Source: an uncultured Candidatus Saccharibacteria bacterium
Lineage (GTDB): Bacteria; Patescibacteriota; Saccharimonadia; Saccharimonadales; JACDBH01
Length of the DNA stretch: 64,000 nucleotides
Assembly (NCBI GenBank): GCA_964644965.1
Contig: CAZXYN010000002.1
Location: 67,075-131,074 of the forward strand
Reading direction: 5' to 3'
A program made the translations under genes and the position numbers. The notes beneath the pieces were generated by a model. That model saw only the letters and a list, made by a program, of their open reading frames with translations. It ran no database searches and had not been told where the DNA came from. Position 1 is the first letter of the stretch, and each line of letters starts with the position of its first letter. Shown one piece after another: positions 41,756 to 52,156 of this stretch.

Positions 41756-43198
41756 ATGAATACGACGCACAAGGTGCCGGTTGTGCCACTCGAGCGGTTC
41801 AAGCGCACAAAAATCATCGCAACAGTTGGTCCTGCAACTAGTAGCTACGAGGCGATACTCGACCTCATAAAATCCGGAGCAAACGGCATACGGCTTAATT
41901 TTAGCCACGGCGACCACGAAGAGCACGGTCAACGAATCAAGTGGATTAGAAAAGCCTCCAAAGAATACGGCAAGCCAGTTGCCATTATTCAAGATTTGCA
42001 AGGTCCAAAGATTAGGCTGGGCGATTTCGAAGGAATTATCAATGTCCTAGAGGGCCAAGAAATTCGCCTTGGCTATAGAGCTGATTACGAAGCAACAGGT
42101 ATTATTCCAGTGCAATACGACCTGAGCAAGCGTGTTAAACGTGGTGAACGAATGTATATCTATGATGGCAAGGTCCGAACTAATATCACATCTGTTAGAG
42201 ACGGTATTTTGTATGCCCGTGTCGAAAACGACGGAATACTAATTAAACGAAAAGGGCTCAATCTACCCGATACCGATTTCGAAGGTGATGTTATTACCAA
42301 AAAGGACCGTAGGGATCTGGCTTTTGCATCGACTCAAGACATTGATTATGTCGCCCAAAGCTTTGTACAGACGGCAAATGATGTGCGTTCCATGCGCAAA
42401 ATCATCAAGGGTCTAGGTATGGATGCACGAATTATCGCAAAGTTTGAGACCAGATCCGCAACCGAAAACATTGATGATATTGTCAAAGAAGCCGATGCGA
42501 TTATGATTGCCCGTGGTGATCTAGCCGTGGAGACTCCGCCTGAGAGTGTGCCAATTATTCAGCGAAAACTAATTGGTCTTGGTATCAAATACGCCAAGCC
42601 AACTATTGTTGCAACTCAGATGTTATTCAGTATGACCGAGATGCCAGAACCAACTCGCGCAGAGGTATCAGATGTTGCTACTGCAGTGCTAGTGGGCGCT
42701 GATTGCGTGATGCTAAGCGACGAGACCGCCAACGGGCGCTACCCAATCAAGGCTGTAGAGGTTATGAAGCGAGTGGTGCTGTATACAGAGCAGAACTCGC
42801 CGCTGACAGTATCTTTTAGGGGTGCCGAGGTGGTCGAGAAACTTACTCGCCAGGCGGCAATATCAGATGCGGTTATAAGTCTTGCCGAAAGTGTTCGGGC
42901 AAATGCTGTTGTAGCCGAAACAAAATCTGGCTCTACCGCATTGCAAATTGCCTCCAAACGCTCTGGTCTGCCGCTAATAGCTGTGACATCGGATGAGCGT
43001 GTGGCACAGCAGCTGGCAATTGTTTATAGCTGCAAGAGCTATGTTCGCCCAGACGACAAGTTTGCAGCCAGAAAGCTAACCAACTGGCTGCAATCCAACA
43101 AGGTTCTAAACAAAGGCAACGTAATTGTCAGCTGTTCCGGACAGTACCCGGGTGTAGTAGGTACAACCGATACCATAAAAGTTCGTGTCCTGGAATAA
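41756..43198 (+). CDS. pyk: pyruvate kinase
   Basis: ORF track 41693..43198; I prefer the ATG at 41756 (MNTTHKV...). KIIATVGPAT, GANGIRLNFSHG, IAKFETRSA, MIARGDLAVE, MLSDETANGRYP motifs. Confidence 0.9.
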   Translation: MNTTHKVPVVPLERFKRTKIIATVGPATSSYEAILDLIKSGANGIRLNFSHGDHEEHGQRIKWIRKASKEYGKPVAIIQDLQGPKIRLGDFEGIINVLEGQEIRLGYRADYEATGIIPVQYDLSKRVKRGERMYIYDGKVRTNITSVRDGILYARVENDGILIKRKGLNLPDTDFEGDVITKKDRRDLAFASTQDIDYVAQSFVQTANDVRSMRKIIKGLGMDARIIAKFETRSATENIDDIVKEADAIMIARGDLAVETPPESVPIIQRKLIGLGIKYAKPTIVATQMLFSMTEMPEPTRAEVSDVATAVLVGADCVMLSDETANGRYPIKAVEVMKRVVLYTEQNSPLTVSFRGAEVVEKLTRQAAISDAVISLAESVRANAVVAETKSGSTALQIASKRSGLPLIAVTSDERVAQQLAIVYSCKSYVRPDDKFAARKLTNWLQSNKVLNKGNVIVSCSGQYPGVVGTTDTIKVRVLE

Positions 43199-43318
43199 TT
43201 TTCAATTCTCAATTTCTAATTTTCATTCAATTTTCAAATCCCAATGATTCAAGCGGTTTGAAAATTAAAACATTGCGGCATTGATTGAAAATTGCAAAAT
43301 TGTAAATTGAAAATTTCG
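43199..43318. repeat. AT-rich palindromic intergenic element, copy 1 (pyk-pgk spacer)
   Basis: 43271-43315 (CATTGCGGCATTGATTGAAAATTGCAAAATTGTAAATTGAAAATT) matches 44722-44766 at 43 of 45 positions. The left arm (about 43199-43250) is an imperfect inverted copy of the right arm. Confidence 0.7.
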
Positions 43319-43354
43319 TCACAGTGCTTATACTTAGTGTAAAAGGCGGGAGCA

Positions 43355-44647
43355 ATGAGTTTTAACAAAAAAACAGTTCGCGATATTGATTTACAGGACA
43401 AACGTGTACTGGTGCGTGTTGACTACAATGTGCCGATGAAAAACGGCAAAATCTTGAGCGATTTTCGCATCCAGGAATCACTGCCAACACTAAAATATTT
43501 GCTCGAAAAGAACTGTCGGATTGTAATTTCGTCGCATCTTGGCCGCCCAGATGGCAAGCCAAACAAAGAGTTTACCCTAAAACCAACTGCCGAAAGACTA
43601 GCTGAATTATTAGATCATGATGTTGCGTTCGCAGAAGATTGTATTGGCAATGAAGCAACCGAAGCCGTCGAAAAGTTACAGCCAGGTCAGATACTAATGT
43701 TAGAAAACGTGCGTTTTTATGCAGAGGAAGAAGACAACGACGACAAATTTGCAGCTAAGCTCGCCAAGCACGGTGAAGTCTTTGTCCAGGATTGTTTTGG
43801 TGTGGCACATAGAGCTCATGCATCTGTTGTTGGTGTCACCAAGCATCTGCCGAGTGTGGCCGGTTTATTACTAGAAAAAGAAGTAGATACAATCCAGGCA
43901 GCCATGGAGAATCCCAAGCGACCACTGATGGCAATCATTGGCGGTGCAAAAATATCCGACAAAATCACTGTGCTAAAACGGTTTATAGAAATTGCAGATT
44001 TTGTGGCAGTTGGCGGTGCTATGGCAAATACTTTTCTGCTTGCAGAAGGCATTGAGACCGGAAAAAGCCTGGCCGAGCCCGATGATGTGCCACTAGCCAA
44101 AGAAATAATCGAGCTAGCCAAGGAAAAGGCCAAAAACAGCCAGTTTGTGTTCTATCTGCCACAAGACGGTGTGGTGGCAACAGATATCGAACACCCTAAG
44201 ACAACTCGAATTGTCGACTGGGACGCTCATGTTATTGCAGACATCGAAGCCTATCCTAAACGTCCAGGACGTGAGGCAATGCACGTCAGAGCTGACGAGA
44301 AGATTCTAGATATCGGACCTTTCTCGGCGTCGTTTATTGCTGGTGGCATTCAGATGGTACAAACAGTGGTTTGGAACGGAACTCTTGGTGTTGCCGAAGC
44401 AACTGGTGATAGCAATGATCCTGTTGGACCGTTTGCGCATGGCACAGAACTCGTCATGGAAGCACTGCTTGGGCACTTTGGTCACAGGCCGTTTGTTATT
44501 GTTGGTGGCGGTGACACGGCTGGCTACGTCGAGGACCGCAAGCTCACCAAAGCTTTCAACCATGTTTCGACAGGCGGAGGCGCATCGCTAGAGCTAATGG
44601 AAGGAAAAGAGCTACCAGGAGTTGCAGCGCTGCCAGACAGGGATTAA
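43355..44647 (+). CDS. pgk: phosphoglycerate kinase
   Basis: ORF track, 430 aa. RVDYNVP, SHLGRP, GGAKISDKI, STGGGASLE motifs. Confidence 0.95.
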   Translation: MSFNKKTVRDIDLQDKRVLVRVDYNVPMKNGKILSDFRIQESLPTLKYLLEKNCRIVISSHLGRPDGKPNKEFTLKPTAERLAELLDHDVAFAEDCIGNEATEAVEKLQPGQILMLENVRFYAEEEDNDDKFAAKLAKHGEVFVQDCFGVAHRAHASVVGVTKHLPSVAGLLLEKEVDTIQAAMENPKRPLMAIIGGAKISDKITVLKRFIEIADFVAVGGAMANTFLLAEGIETGKSLAEPDDVPLAKEIIELAKEKAKNSQFVFYLPQDGVVATDIEHPKTTRIVDWDAHVIADIEAYPKRPGREAMHVRADEKILDIGPFSASFIAGGIQMVQTVVWNGTLGVAEATGDSNDPVGPFAHGTELVMEALLGHFGHRPFVIVGGGDTAGYVEDRKLTKAFNHVSTGGGASLELMEGKELPGVAALPDRD

Positions 44648-44768
44648 TTTTCGAACGTTCCAATTTACAATTTTCTTTTAATTACCAAATTTCAATGGTT
44701 CAAATGGTTTGCAAATTGGAGCATTGCGACATTGATTAAAAATTGCAAAATTGTAAATTGAAAATTCC
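44648..44768. repeat. AT-rich palindromic intergenic element, copy 2 (pgk-tpiA spacer)
   Basis: See copy 1. The right arm is 44722-44766. The left arm CCAATTTACAATTTTC... is complementary to it. Confidence 0.7.
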
Positions 44769-44791
44769 CTGATAAACTAAGCATAAGAATT

Positions 44792-45583
44792 ATGAGTAAA
44801 AATTCAAAGACACTGATAGCCGGAAACTGGAAAATGAATCTTAACGCCATGCAGGCAAGTATTTTGCTGCATCGTTTGCAAGAACGTATTAGGATTTATC
44901 GTGATGTAGAGGTAGTTTTATCACCTAGCATGCTAGTGCTGCAGCCGCTTAGTTTACAGATTGACCGTCGCAAATTCCGACTAGCTTCCCAGAATGCCTA
45001 CGCTAAGGATCACGGTGCGTTCACTGGTGAAGTTAGCTTTACGATGCTACGAGAACTTGTTCATTACGGCATTATTGGCCACTCCGAGAGGCGGCATATT
45101 TTTAACGAATCACTCAAGGATGTATCAGAGAAGGTCGAAGCCGCTGTGCGTAATGGTATCACGCCAATATTGTGCGTAGGCGAGACCAAGACAGAGCGTC
45201 TAGCGGGACACACCAAGCGTGTTATTCATGATCAAGTCATCACCGCACTCAAAGGCCTAACCTCAGAGGACATTAATGACCTAGTTATAGCTTACGAACC
45301 AGTCTGGGCTATCGGCACCGGTATAGTTGCCAAGCCAGATGAGGCCGACCAAGCTATGAAATTTATCAGGCACAATATATCTGAGCTGTATGGCAAAAAA
45401 GCTTCCGAGAACGTTCGTGTGCTCTATGGGGGCAGCGTAGTACCAGATGTCGCTCGTGGATTTCTAGATATTGATGGCATTGATGGCCTACTTGTCGGAG
45501 GTGCTAGTATAAATTATCACCAATTCTCATCTATTGTTGACTCGGCATATCGACTTCGCAAAGAACTAGGCAGCGAGGACTGA
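44792..45583 (+). CDS. tpiA: triose-phosphate isomerase
   Basis: ORF track, 263 aa. IAGNWKMN, GHSERR, AYEPVWAIGTG, YGGSV motifs. Confidence 0.95.
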   Translation: MSKNSKTLIAGNWKMNLNAMQASILLHRLQERIRIYRDVEVVLSPSMLVLQPLSLQIDRRKFRLASQNAYAKDHGAFTGEVSFTMLRELVHYGIIGHSERRHIFNESLKDVSEKVEAAVRNGITPILCVGETKTERLAGHTKRVIHDQVITALKGLTSEDINDLVIAYEPVWAIGTGIVAKPDEADQAMKFIRHNISELYGKKASENVRVLYGGSVVPDVARGFLDIDGIDGLLVGGASINYHQFSSIVDSAYRLRKELGSED

Positions 45584-45584
45584 C

Positions 45585-46277
45585 ATGGCAGCAAACAGCG
45601 TGTCTGATGACGATAAAGTTATGGATGTTAGTAAACCAGGCAAAGGAAAAGTCTCTACAACGTCGCGTCCGATTGTGGCGCCGATTGTTTCTGATGACAA
45701 AAATTCAGGTAGCTCAGATGCAGTCGTAGAAGAAACCAAGGTTGCCACAGAGGAGCAAAAAGCACCATCTGCGGCACACAAGGTTATCCAGCCGCTTAGT
45801 GATTTAGAGCCAAGTAAGGATTCGGGCGAGCCAATATCAGTTGAAGTTGGCGATACGATATCTGCAGAAGATACCTCTGCAGAGAAACCTGCAGATGAAA
45901 CAGCCGAGAAGACCGAAGAGCCAAAAAAGGACGACGAATCAGGCGAAAGGCCAGGCGATGTTCCGCCGGCACCAGATGGTGGTGATAGCGACTCGGCCAA
46001 TGTAGATGCACTTGTAGCCTCTGCGGAGACCAAAAAACAGGCTGCTAAACGAGCCGAAGAGGATGCCAAGAAAAACGCTGCGTTGCAAGAACTTATTGAT
46101 AGCAAGAAATACTTTGTACACACTAGCCACGGTATTGCCACCAAGCGCGGTGCGCGAACGGCCTGGGTTGTTGCATTTGCGATTATTCTTATCGCAGTCA
46201 TAGTATCGCTCTACATCTTGGCTGATGCCGAGGTAGTCGATGTTCCATTTGCTCTACCAATCGATCTTATAAAGTAA
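45585..46277 (+). CDS. acidic, low-complexity protein with a C-terminal TM anchor
   Basis: ORF track, 230 aa. It starts 2 nt after the tpiA stop. The C-terminal helix is WVVAFAIILIAVIVSLYILA. Confidence 0.55.
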   Translation: MAANSVSDDDKVMDVSKPGKGKVSTTSRPIVAPIVSDDKNSGSSDAVVEETKVATEEQKAPSAAHKVIQPLSDLEPSKDSGEPISVEVGDTISAEDTSAEKPADETAEKTEEPKKDDESGERPGDVPPAPDGGDSDSANVDALVASAETKKQAAKRAEEDAKKNAALQELIDSKKYFVHTSHGIATKRGARTAWVVAFAIILIAVIVSLYILADAEVVDVPFALPIDLIK

Positions 46278-46315
46278 CAACAGATTTTAACTCTCGTTTT
46301 TGTTAGAATAAACAG

Positions 46316-48505
46316 ATGTCAGAGGCGAATATTGTGAATCCCATTGTCGATCCGTGGGCAGACGAAGTGTCCGAAACAGTTGATGTCAGCAAACTGCTAG
46401 TGGGTCTAAACCCAGAGCAAGAGCGGGCTGTTGTCACGACAGAAGGCCCACTGCTTATCCAGGCTGGTGCTGGTAGCGGCAAGACGAAGACGTTGACCCA
46501 TAGAATTGCTTATCTAATTGCCACCAATCGTGCGACACCGTACAACATTTTGGCAGTAACTTTCACGAACAAAGCAGCCAAAGAAATGCGTACCCGTATT
46601 GCCCAGCTATTGCATGAAGATCCAGACAATCGCAGTTTCATGCCGTTCATGGGCACATTCCACGGTATTTGCGTGCGTTTGCTTCGTCAGGACGGCGAAT
46701 ATATTGGTGTGCCAAAAAACTTCGTGATTTTTGACGAGAGCGACAGAGTTAGTGCTGTAAAACAAGCCAGTCGTCAGCTGATGATTGACGAAAAATCATT
46801 TCCGCCTAAGAGCATCGGCAATCTAATTAGTAGTGCCAAGAACGACCTAGTAGAACCAAGCGAATACGCCCAGCTGGCGGACTCTCCCAATCAGAGCACC
46901 GCTGCCAAGATATTTCCGTTGTATGAAAAAGCCCTTAAAAACGCTGGTGCGCTTGATTTCGACGACCTAATTAGCAAGACCGTTAAGCTACTTCAATCAA
47001 AACCAGAGATTCGAAAAAAATGGCAACAGCAGTTTAAGTACGTCATGATTGATGAGTATCAAGACACCAATACCGCTCAGTACAAGCTAGTCAAGCTACT
47101 GACAAATGACCAGAAAAATATCGCTGTTGTTGGTGATGATTGGCAGTCGATTTACTCATGGCGTGGCGCTGATTTCAAAAATATCCTAAATTTTGAGAAG
47201 GATTACAATTCGACAACTGTCATCAAGTTGGAGCGCAACTACCGAAGTACAAAGGCGATTCTAGAAGCCGCACATGCCGTAATTACCAAAAACGAACAGC
47301 GCTCAGACAAGAAACTCTGGACAGAAGAGGGTGCAGGTTTGCCGGTGCAGATTCTACAAGTCCAGAATCAAAATGCCGAGGGGGATGCCGTAATTCGTCG
47401 AATCGAAACCATGGTCAAGGCGGGCAGGCGCAAATACCGTGACTATGCAGTCTTGTACCGTACCAACGCCCAGAGTCGTGCAATCGAAGAAATGTTTGTT
47501 CGCTATGGTATTCCGTACAAAGTTGTCGGTGGGGTCAGGTTCTATGACCGCAAAGAAATCAAAGACATCATTGCTTACCTAAGACTAATTTTTCAGCCAG
47601 AGGATGCTGTTAGTTTTGAGCGAGTAGTCAACGTGCCGACTCGTGGCATCGGGCCTAAATCCATCGAAGCATTTCGTGCTCATGCCAATCAGGCTGGCAG
47701 TATTCTGCGCGGCCTGGAAACCGTTGCCGACTGCGCGGCATTGACGCCAAAGGCTCGCACCGGACTACGCGAACTAGCTGACATTATCATCACTTACCGT
47801 GAGCTTATGAACGATACAGCTGTATCTGGTGTGATAGATAGTTTACTGCGTAGAATTGAGTACAACGCCTATCTAGATGATGGCACGCTGCAGGGCGAGT
47901 CCAGACAAGAAAATGTTAGAGAATTAATATCAGTCGCCAAAGCTTATCAAGATGTCGGCCTAGAAGGATTCCTAGAAGAAGTTAGTCTCATTAGTGATAT
48001 AGATAATACTGATGCAGCTGCAAACTCAGTCACGCTCATGACACTTCATGCCGCCAAGGGTCTGGAGTTCCCAGCGGTGTTTATTGTTGGCTTAGAGGAG
48101 ACAGTCCTGCCGCATAGCCGTGCGCTATATGATCAGCGTGAAATGGAAGAAGAGCGTCGGTTGATGTATGTCGGTATGACTCGGGCGCGTCAAGAATTGT
48201 ATTTGTTATACGCAACATCACGCGTTCTATACGGTGGCGTTCAGTATAATCCACCATCAAGATTCTTGAGCGAGATTGACGGTCAGTCAGAGGCAGCTTC
48301 TGAGCCACTTTATTCTCAGCCAGCTCGCCCCGAATCCGCCGAGCCGCGATATGTACTAGAGCTTAACGAGGGTGACCGCGTAAATCACCAAGCCTTTGGA
48401 GACGGTGTTGTGATAGAGGTAGAAGGCGACAACGTAGCTGTTCATTTTAAGACAAAAGGTGTCAAAAAACTCAACACTGCTTTCGCGCCACTGGAGAAGC
48501 TATGA
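46316..48505 (+). CDS. pcrA: ATP-dependent DNA helicase, UvrD/PcrA family
   Basis: ORF track, 729 aa. Walker A AGAGSGKTKTLTHR, DEYQDTN, VGDDWQSIYSWRGA, TLHAAKGLEF, VGMTRAR. Confidence 0.9.
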   Translation: MSEANIVNPIVDPWADEVSETVDVSKLLVGLNPEQERAVVTTEGPLLIQAGAGSGKTKTLTHRIAYLIATNRATPYNILAVTFTNKAAKEMRTRIAQLLHEDPDNRSFMPFMGTFHGICVRLLRQDGEYIGVPKNFVIFDESDRVSAVKQASRQLMIDEKSFPPKSIGNLISSAKNDLVEPSEYAQLADSPNQSTAAKIFPLYEKALKNAGALDFDDLISKTVKLLQSKPEIRKKWQQQFKYVMIDEYQDTNTAQYKLVKLLTNDQKNIAVVGDDWQSIYSWRGADFKNILNFEKDYNSTTVIKLERNYRSTKAILEAAHAVITKNEQRSDKKLWTEEGAGLPVQILQVQNQNAEGDAVIRRIETMVKAGRRKYRDYAVLYRTNAQSRAIEEMFVRYGIPYKVVGGVRFYDRKEIKDIIAYLRLIFQPEDAVSFERVVNVPTRGIGPKSIEAFRAHANQAGSILRGLETVADCAALTPKARTGLRELADIIITYRELMNDTAVSGVIDSLLRRIEYNAYLDDGTLQGESRQENVRELISVAKAYQDVGLEGFLEEVSLISDIDNTDAAANSVTLMTLHAAKGLEFPAVFIVGLEETVLPHSRALYDQREMEEERRLMYVGMTRARQELYLLYATSRVLYGGVQYNPPSRFLSEIDGQSEAASEPLYSQPARPESAEPRYVLELNEGDRVNHQAFGDGVVIEVEGDNVAVHFKTKGVKKLNTAFAPLEKL

Positions 48506-48680
48506 CACGACCCTTGCACCACAGCTTGTCATACTTCAGGCGTAGCCTGAACTCGCCAAGTTGTTTTTGGCGCCCAGCACAATTTTCCCCTGCAAATGCT
48601 CCTTCACCGTATCATATATACGTTTCAGTCCGCTTCACAGGCAAGAAATTGCACTGGGCATCCAAATGCAAGGGTCGTGT

Positions 48681-49148
48681 ATGAGCAGGCTTCTGCAGTC
48701 AATGGGTAGGGTTGTTTTCTGGTTGGCCTGGCCTTTCTGGTTCGTTTACTTTAGGGTTGTATCTAACCGCACACGGGTTGTTATTGTCGTTGACGGAGAA
48801 TTATTACTGGTACGGACTTGGCTTGGCGCAAATAGCTGGGGGCTTCCTGGTGGTGGTGCGCACAGAGGTGAATCATTAGAACAGGCAGCTTGCCGGGAGC
48901 TAGCAGAAGAAGTAGGTGTAGTAGCTGACCCGACCCGACTTAGTTTTGTCGCCAGTAATGAGCACAAAGAACGCGGACTTCGCTACACAGCGCAGTATTT
49001 TGTGCTAAAACTTGATTCCAAACCTAGTCTCCAGCTGCAAAAGCAAGAAATTGCCGAAGCCGGTTGGTTCGACAAAACTGAGCTGTCAGACTTAGATCTG
49101 AACAAAGACACTATGTTCGTAGTCGATAAGCATATGGAATTACTTTGA
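48681..49148 (+). CDS. NUDIX hydrolase
   Basis: ORF track 48561..49148; I prefer the ATG at 48681 (MSRLLQS...). Nudix box GGGAHRGESLEQAACRELAEEVG. Confidence 0.8.
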   Translation: MSRLLQSMGRVVFWLAWPFWFVYFRVVSNRTRVVIVVDGELLLVRTWLGANSWGLPGGGAHRGESLEQAACRELAEEVGVVADPTRLSFVASNEHKERGLRYTAQYFVLKLDSKPSLQLQKQEIAEAGWFDKTELSDLDLNKDTMFVVDKHMELL

Positions 49149-49183
49149 TATAATGGTAAGTCGTGTAAGAGCGAAGGGTATAA

Positions 49184-50521
49184 GTGCATTATAGATTAAA
49201 GCACCACAGACTAAGACTGAGGCGGTCCGCACGAAGATTCGAGCGCCGCTACCGTAGTCACAAGCTTGCTTTGCCAGTCATTTCGGTGCTGGTACTAGTG
49301 TTAATTGGCCTGACGGTCACGGTTGCTTTGCGCGGCAAAAATGTCACTGCCAATAGTCGCTTGGACGACGTTAATATCGTAATACTACATAGTGACAAAA
49401 TCACTCAAACTTTGCCCACCAGAGAGAAAACAGTCGAAGGATTATTAGAAAATGCTGGTGTGACCGTAAACGACGGTGATGTAGTTGAGCCAGCGCTCGA
49501 TACGCCAATACAAGAAGACGATTTTCGAATTAATGTATACCGGGCGGCGCCTGTAGTTATTCAGGACAAAGAAACCCGGGTGTTAACTATGAGCGCCGCT
49601 CAGACATCGCGTAGCATTGCCGACCAAGCGGGCATAAAGGTACACCCAGAGGATGAAATCATCACCGAGCCAAGCCGTGATTTTATACGCGATGGCATCG
49701 GCAGCAAGGTCACGATTAATAGATCTACCCCTGTCACCCTTAACCTCTACGGCACCTCGCTGCCAGTACGAACTCAGGCCAAAACCGTTGGTGATTTACT
49801 GGCAGAAAAACAAGTAGTACTAGAGGATGACGACACACTCAAACCGGCTGCCGACACAGCACTGACAGAAAATTTGCAGGTGTTTGTGACGCGTTCCGGT
49901 GTGGAGGTCGTGACAGCAGAAGAGCTAATAGAAATGCCGATTGAGACGATAGATGACAATACTCTGTCTTATGGAACTACCGCTGTTCGTCAGGCAGGTG
50001 CACCGGGTGTCAGGTCGGTGACTTATCAGTTACAGCTAGAAAATGGTATAGAAGTAGGACGTACGGTCATTCAGGAAGTTATTGTCCGCGAGCCGGTCAA
50101 GCAAATAGTCGCGCGTGGTACTAGTGGTAAGTTCGAGAACTTCAATTCTGACGGAATCCCTGCTCGTGTTTACTGCGGAAGTCATCAGAAAAACTGGAAA
50201 AACATCAACACCTACAACGCTGGACTTGGTCGAGCAATGGCCGCTAGTAAAGGCTGGACAGGTTCTCAGTTCAACGCGCTACTAGAACTCTGGGCCTGCG
50301 AATCCAGCTGGACACATACGGCTGGCAATCCGTACTCCGGCGCTTACGGTATACCGCAAGCTTTGCCCGCCAGCAAGATGGGTGATACCTCGGCTTGTGG
50401 TGGTGCTGGTTACCTGACAGATGCTCAGATACAAATAGCTTGGGGAATGTGTTACATAGAGCGCCGCTATGGTACACCAATAGACGCGCTAAACAAACAC
50501 TACCGCAGCAACTGGTATTAA
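49184..50521 (+). CDS. YabE-like cell-wall protein: TM anchor, DUF348 repeats, G5 domain and a C-terminal lysozyme/transglycosylase-like domain
   Basis: ORF track, 445 aa. G5-type YGTTAVRQAGAPGVRSVTYQL...IVARGT. C-terminal LWACESSWTHTAGNPYSGAYGIPQALP. Confidence 0.7.
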   Translation: MHYRLKHHRLRLRRSARRFERRYRSHKLALPVISVLVLVLIGLTVTVALRGKNVTANSRLDDVNIVILHSDKITQTLPTREKTVEGLLENAGVTVNDGDVVEPALDTPIQEDDFRINVYRAAPVVIQDKETRVLTMSAAQTSRSIADQAGIKVHPEDEIITEPSRDFIRDGIGSKVTINRSTPVTLNLYGTSLPVRTQAKTVGDLLAEKQVVLEDDDTLKPAADTALTENLQVFVTRSGVEVVTAEELIEMPIETIDDNTLSYGTTAVRQAGAPGVRSVTYQLQLENGIEVGRTVIQEVIVREPVKQIVARGTSGKFENFNSDGIPARVYCGSHQKNWKNINTYNAGLGRAMAASKGWTGSQFNALLELWACESSWTHTAGNPYSGAYGIPQALPASKMGDTSACGGAGYLTDAQIQIAWGMCYIERRYGTPIDALNKHYRSNWY

Positions 50522-50560
50522 TTTGCTTACAGCGACTTTTGTTGTATAATCTCGTTTAAT

Positions 50561-50851
50561 ATGATCGATCAATATCCGACGCCAGAAGCTGAACCACAGA
50601 GCGTAGAAGCTGTCGTGGACCCAGGTACTTTGCGACTTGCCGAATGGTCAGGAAGGCTAGCGTTCGCGGGATATAGCCAGGAGCAAATTGACGAACTACT
50701 TATGAAGACTTTGCCTGATTGGCGGACAGAAACACAGCGAACGATTGTTGACATTGCTCATAGCGCAGGCGAGAAGCCGGGTCTGAATGAACAGCCGCTC
50801 ATTTTTATGGCTAGTGATTTTATAGATCGCAAATGCCGTAACTTACGATAA
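50561..50851 (+). CDS. hypothetical protein
   Basis: ORF track, 96 aa. I recognise no family. Confidence 0.45.
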   Translation: MIDQYPTPEAEPQSVEAVVDPGTLRLAEWSGRLAFAGYSQEQIDELLMKTLPDWRTETQRTIVDIAHSAGEKPGLNEQPLIFMASDFIDRKCRNLR

Positions 50852-50868
50852 ATTGTTACACTAGACGC

Positions 50869-51294
50869 ATGACATATACATTTGATGAATATAACTACAC
50901 GCTCAAGTTCGAAAAGGGCGAGGAGTTTGTCGGCTTGCTGGAAGATTTCGTTAAGGAACACAGCATAAAAGGCGGCTGGGTTGTTGGTCTTGGCGGGTTG
51001 TCATCCGCGACTCTAGGGTTTTATGATTTAAACGCGCAAGAATATGCGTGGACCAAATTTGACGAACCACTGGAGCTTGCAAACCTCACTGGCAATATCG
51101 CTTGGTCAGACAGCAAACCCGCACTTCATCTTCATGCAACAATCTCTGACGCCAGCCTGCACGCATCTGCAGGGCACTTAAAAGAAGCGGCGGTAGCCGG
51201 TACGGTAGAGGTATTTATTCACCGCTGGCTAGATAACAAAGGGCTAGTACGCGCAAAAGATTCAGAAACCGGTTTAAACCTTTTTGATTTATGA
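50869..51294 (+). CDS. PPC/DUF296-domain protein
   Basis: ORF track, 141 aa. GGWVVGLGGLSSATLGFYD...LHLHATISD follows the DUF296 pattern. Confidence 0.6.
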   Translation: MTYTFDEYNYTLKFEKGEEFVGLLEDFVKEHSIKGGWVVGLGGLSSATLGFYDLNAQEYAWTKFDEPLELANLTGNIAWSDSKPALHLHATISDASLHASAGHLKEAAVAGTVEVFIHRWLDNKGLVRAKDSETGLNLFDL

Positions 51295-52076
51295 GTTACC
51301 CGCAAACCAAAAAACAACTAGGGCAGCATTGGTTGCATGATGAATCGGCACTTCATGCCATGTGCGACTCGGCAGAGGTTAGCGAAAAAGATCTTGTGAT
51401 CGAGGTAGGTCCAGGACTCGGTACGTTAACCGAGAAGCTGCTAGAGACGGGGGCAGAAGTATGGGCACTAGAGTACGATCAGAGCCTAATACCGGGCTTA
51501 GAAAAAAAGTTCCTAAGCTACGGCAGCGACCGACTAACTATTCAAAATGCTGATATCTTGCAGTATGATTTTTCGGTTCCAGAACCCGGCTACAAAGTTG
51601 TTGCCAACATCCCGTACTATCTGACCAGCAATCTGCTGCGTCGGATGTGCGAATCACCCAATCATTTTTCTATGGCGGCACTGCTAATCCAAAAAGAAGT
51701 TGCCGAACGCGTTTGCGCTGGCTCTGGTGATATGAGTCTGCTCAGCGTCAGCGTGCAGTTTTATTGTCATGTATCGCGGGGGCTAATTGTGCCAGCAGAG
51801 CTATTTACGCCACCACCAAAAGTAGACTCGCAGATACTTATTCTCAAACACCGTGGTCAGCCATTATTTCCAGATGTCGACACTAAGTTATTTTTCCGAT
51901 TAGTAAAGGCCGGTTTCAGCGAACGCCGCAAAAAACTGCGTAGTTCCTTAAGTGGTGGATTAGGCATATCAAAACCAGATGCCGAGGCGTTGCTAGACAA
52001 GGCTGGTATCGACTCGAATCTGCGAGCCCAAGCTTTGTCGTTGAATGATTGGTACAATCTGTACAAATCGCTGTAG
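51291..52076 (+). CDS. rsmA: 16S rRNA (adenine1518/1519-N6)-dimethyltransferase
   Basis: ORF track, 261 aa. LGQHWL, VIEVGPGLGTLT, NIPYYLTS, FTPPPKVDS motifs. Confidence 0.9.
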   Translation: MSYPQTKKQLGQHWLHDESALHAMCDSAEVSEKDLVIEVGPGLGTLTEKLLETGAEVWALEYDQSLIPGLEKKFLSYGSDRLTIQNADILQYDFSVPEPGYKVVANIPYYLTSNLLRRMCESPNHFSMAALLIQKEVAERVCAGSGDMSLLSVSVQFYCHVSRGLIVPAELFTPPPKVDSQILILKHRGQPLFPDVDTKLFFRLVKAGFSERRKKLRSSLSGGLGISKPDAEALLDKAGIDSNLRAQALSLNDWYNLYKSL

Positions 52077-52156
52077 AAAAAACTTGCATTATAAAATTAG
52101 AGGCGTATAACGGAGTGTAGAGGTAATTTAATTAGCATCTCGCTAAAGGATGTAAA

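Noticed and set aside
45566-46201. 211-aa minus-strand ORF opposite 45585..46277.
   Set aside because: It is Ser/Ala-rich and low-complexity with no RBS. The plus-strand ORF starts 2 nt after tpiA and ends in a clear TM anchor, so I kept the plus strand. Neither has a recognisable family.
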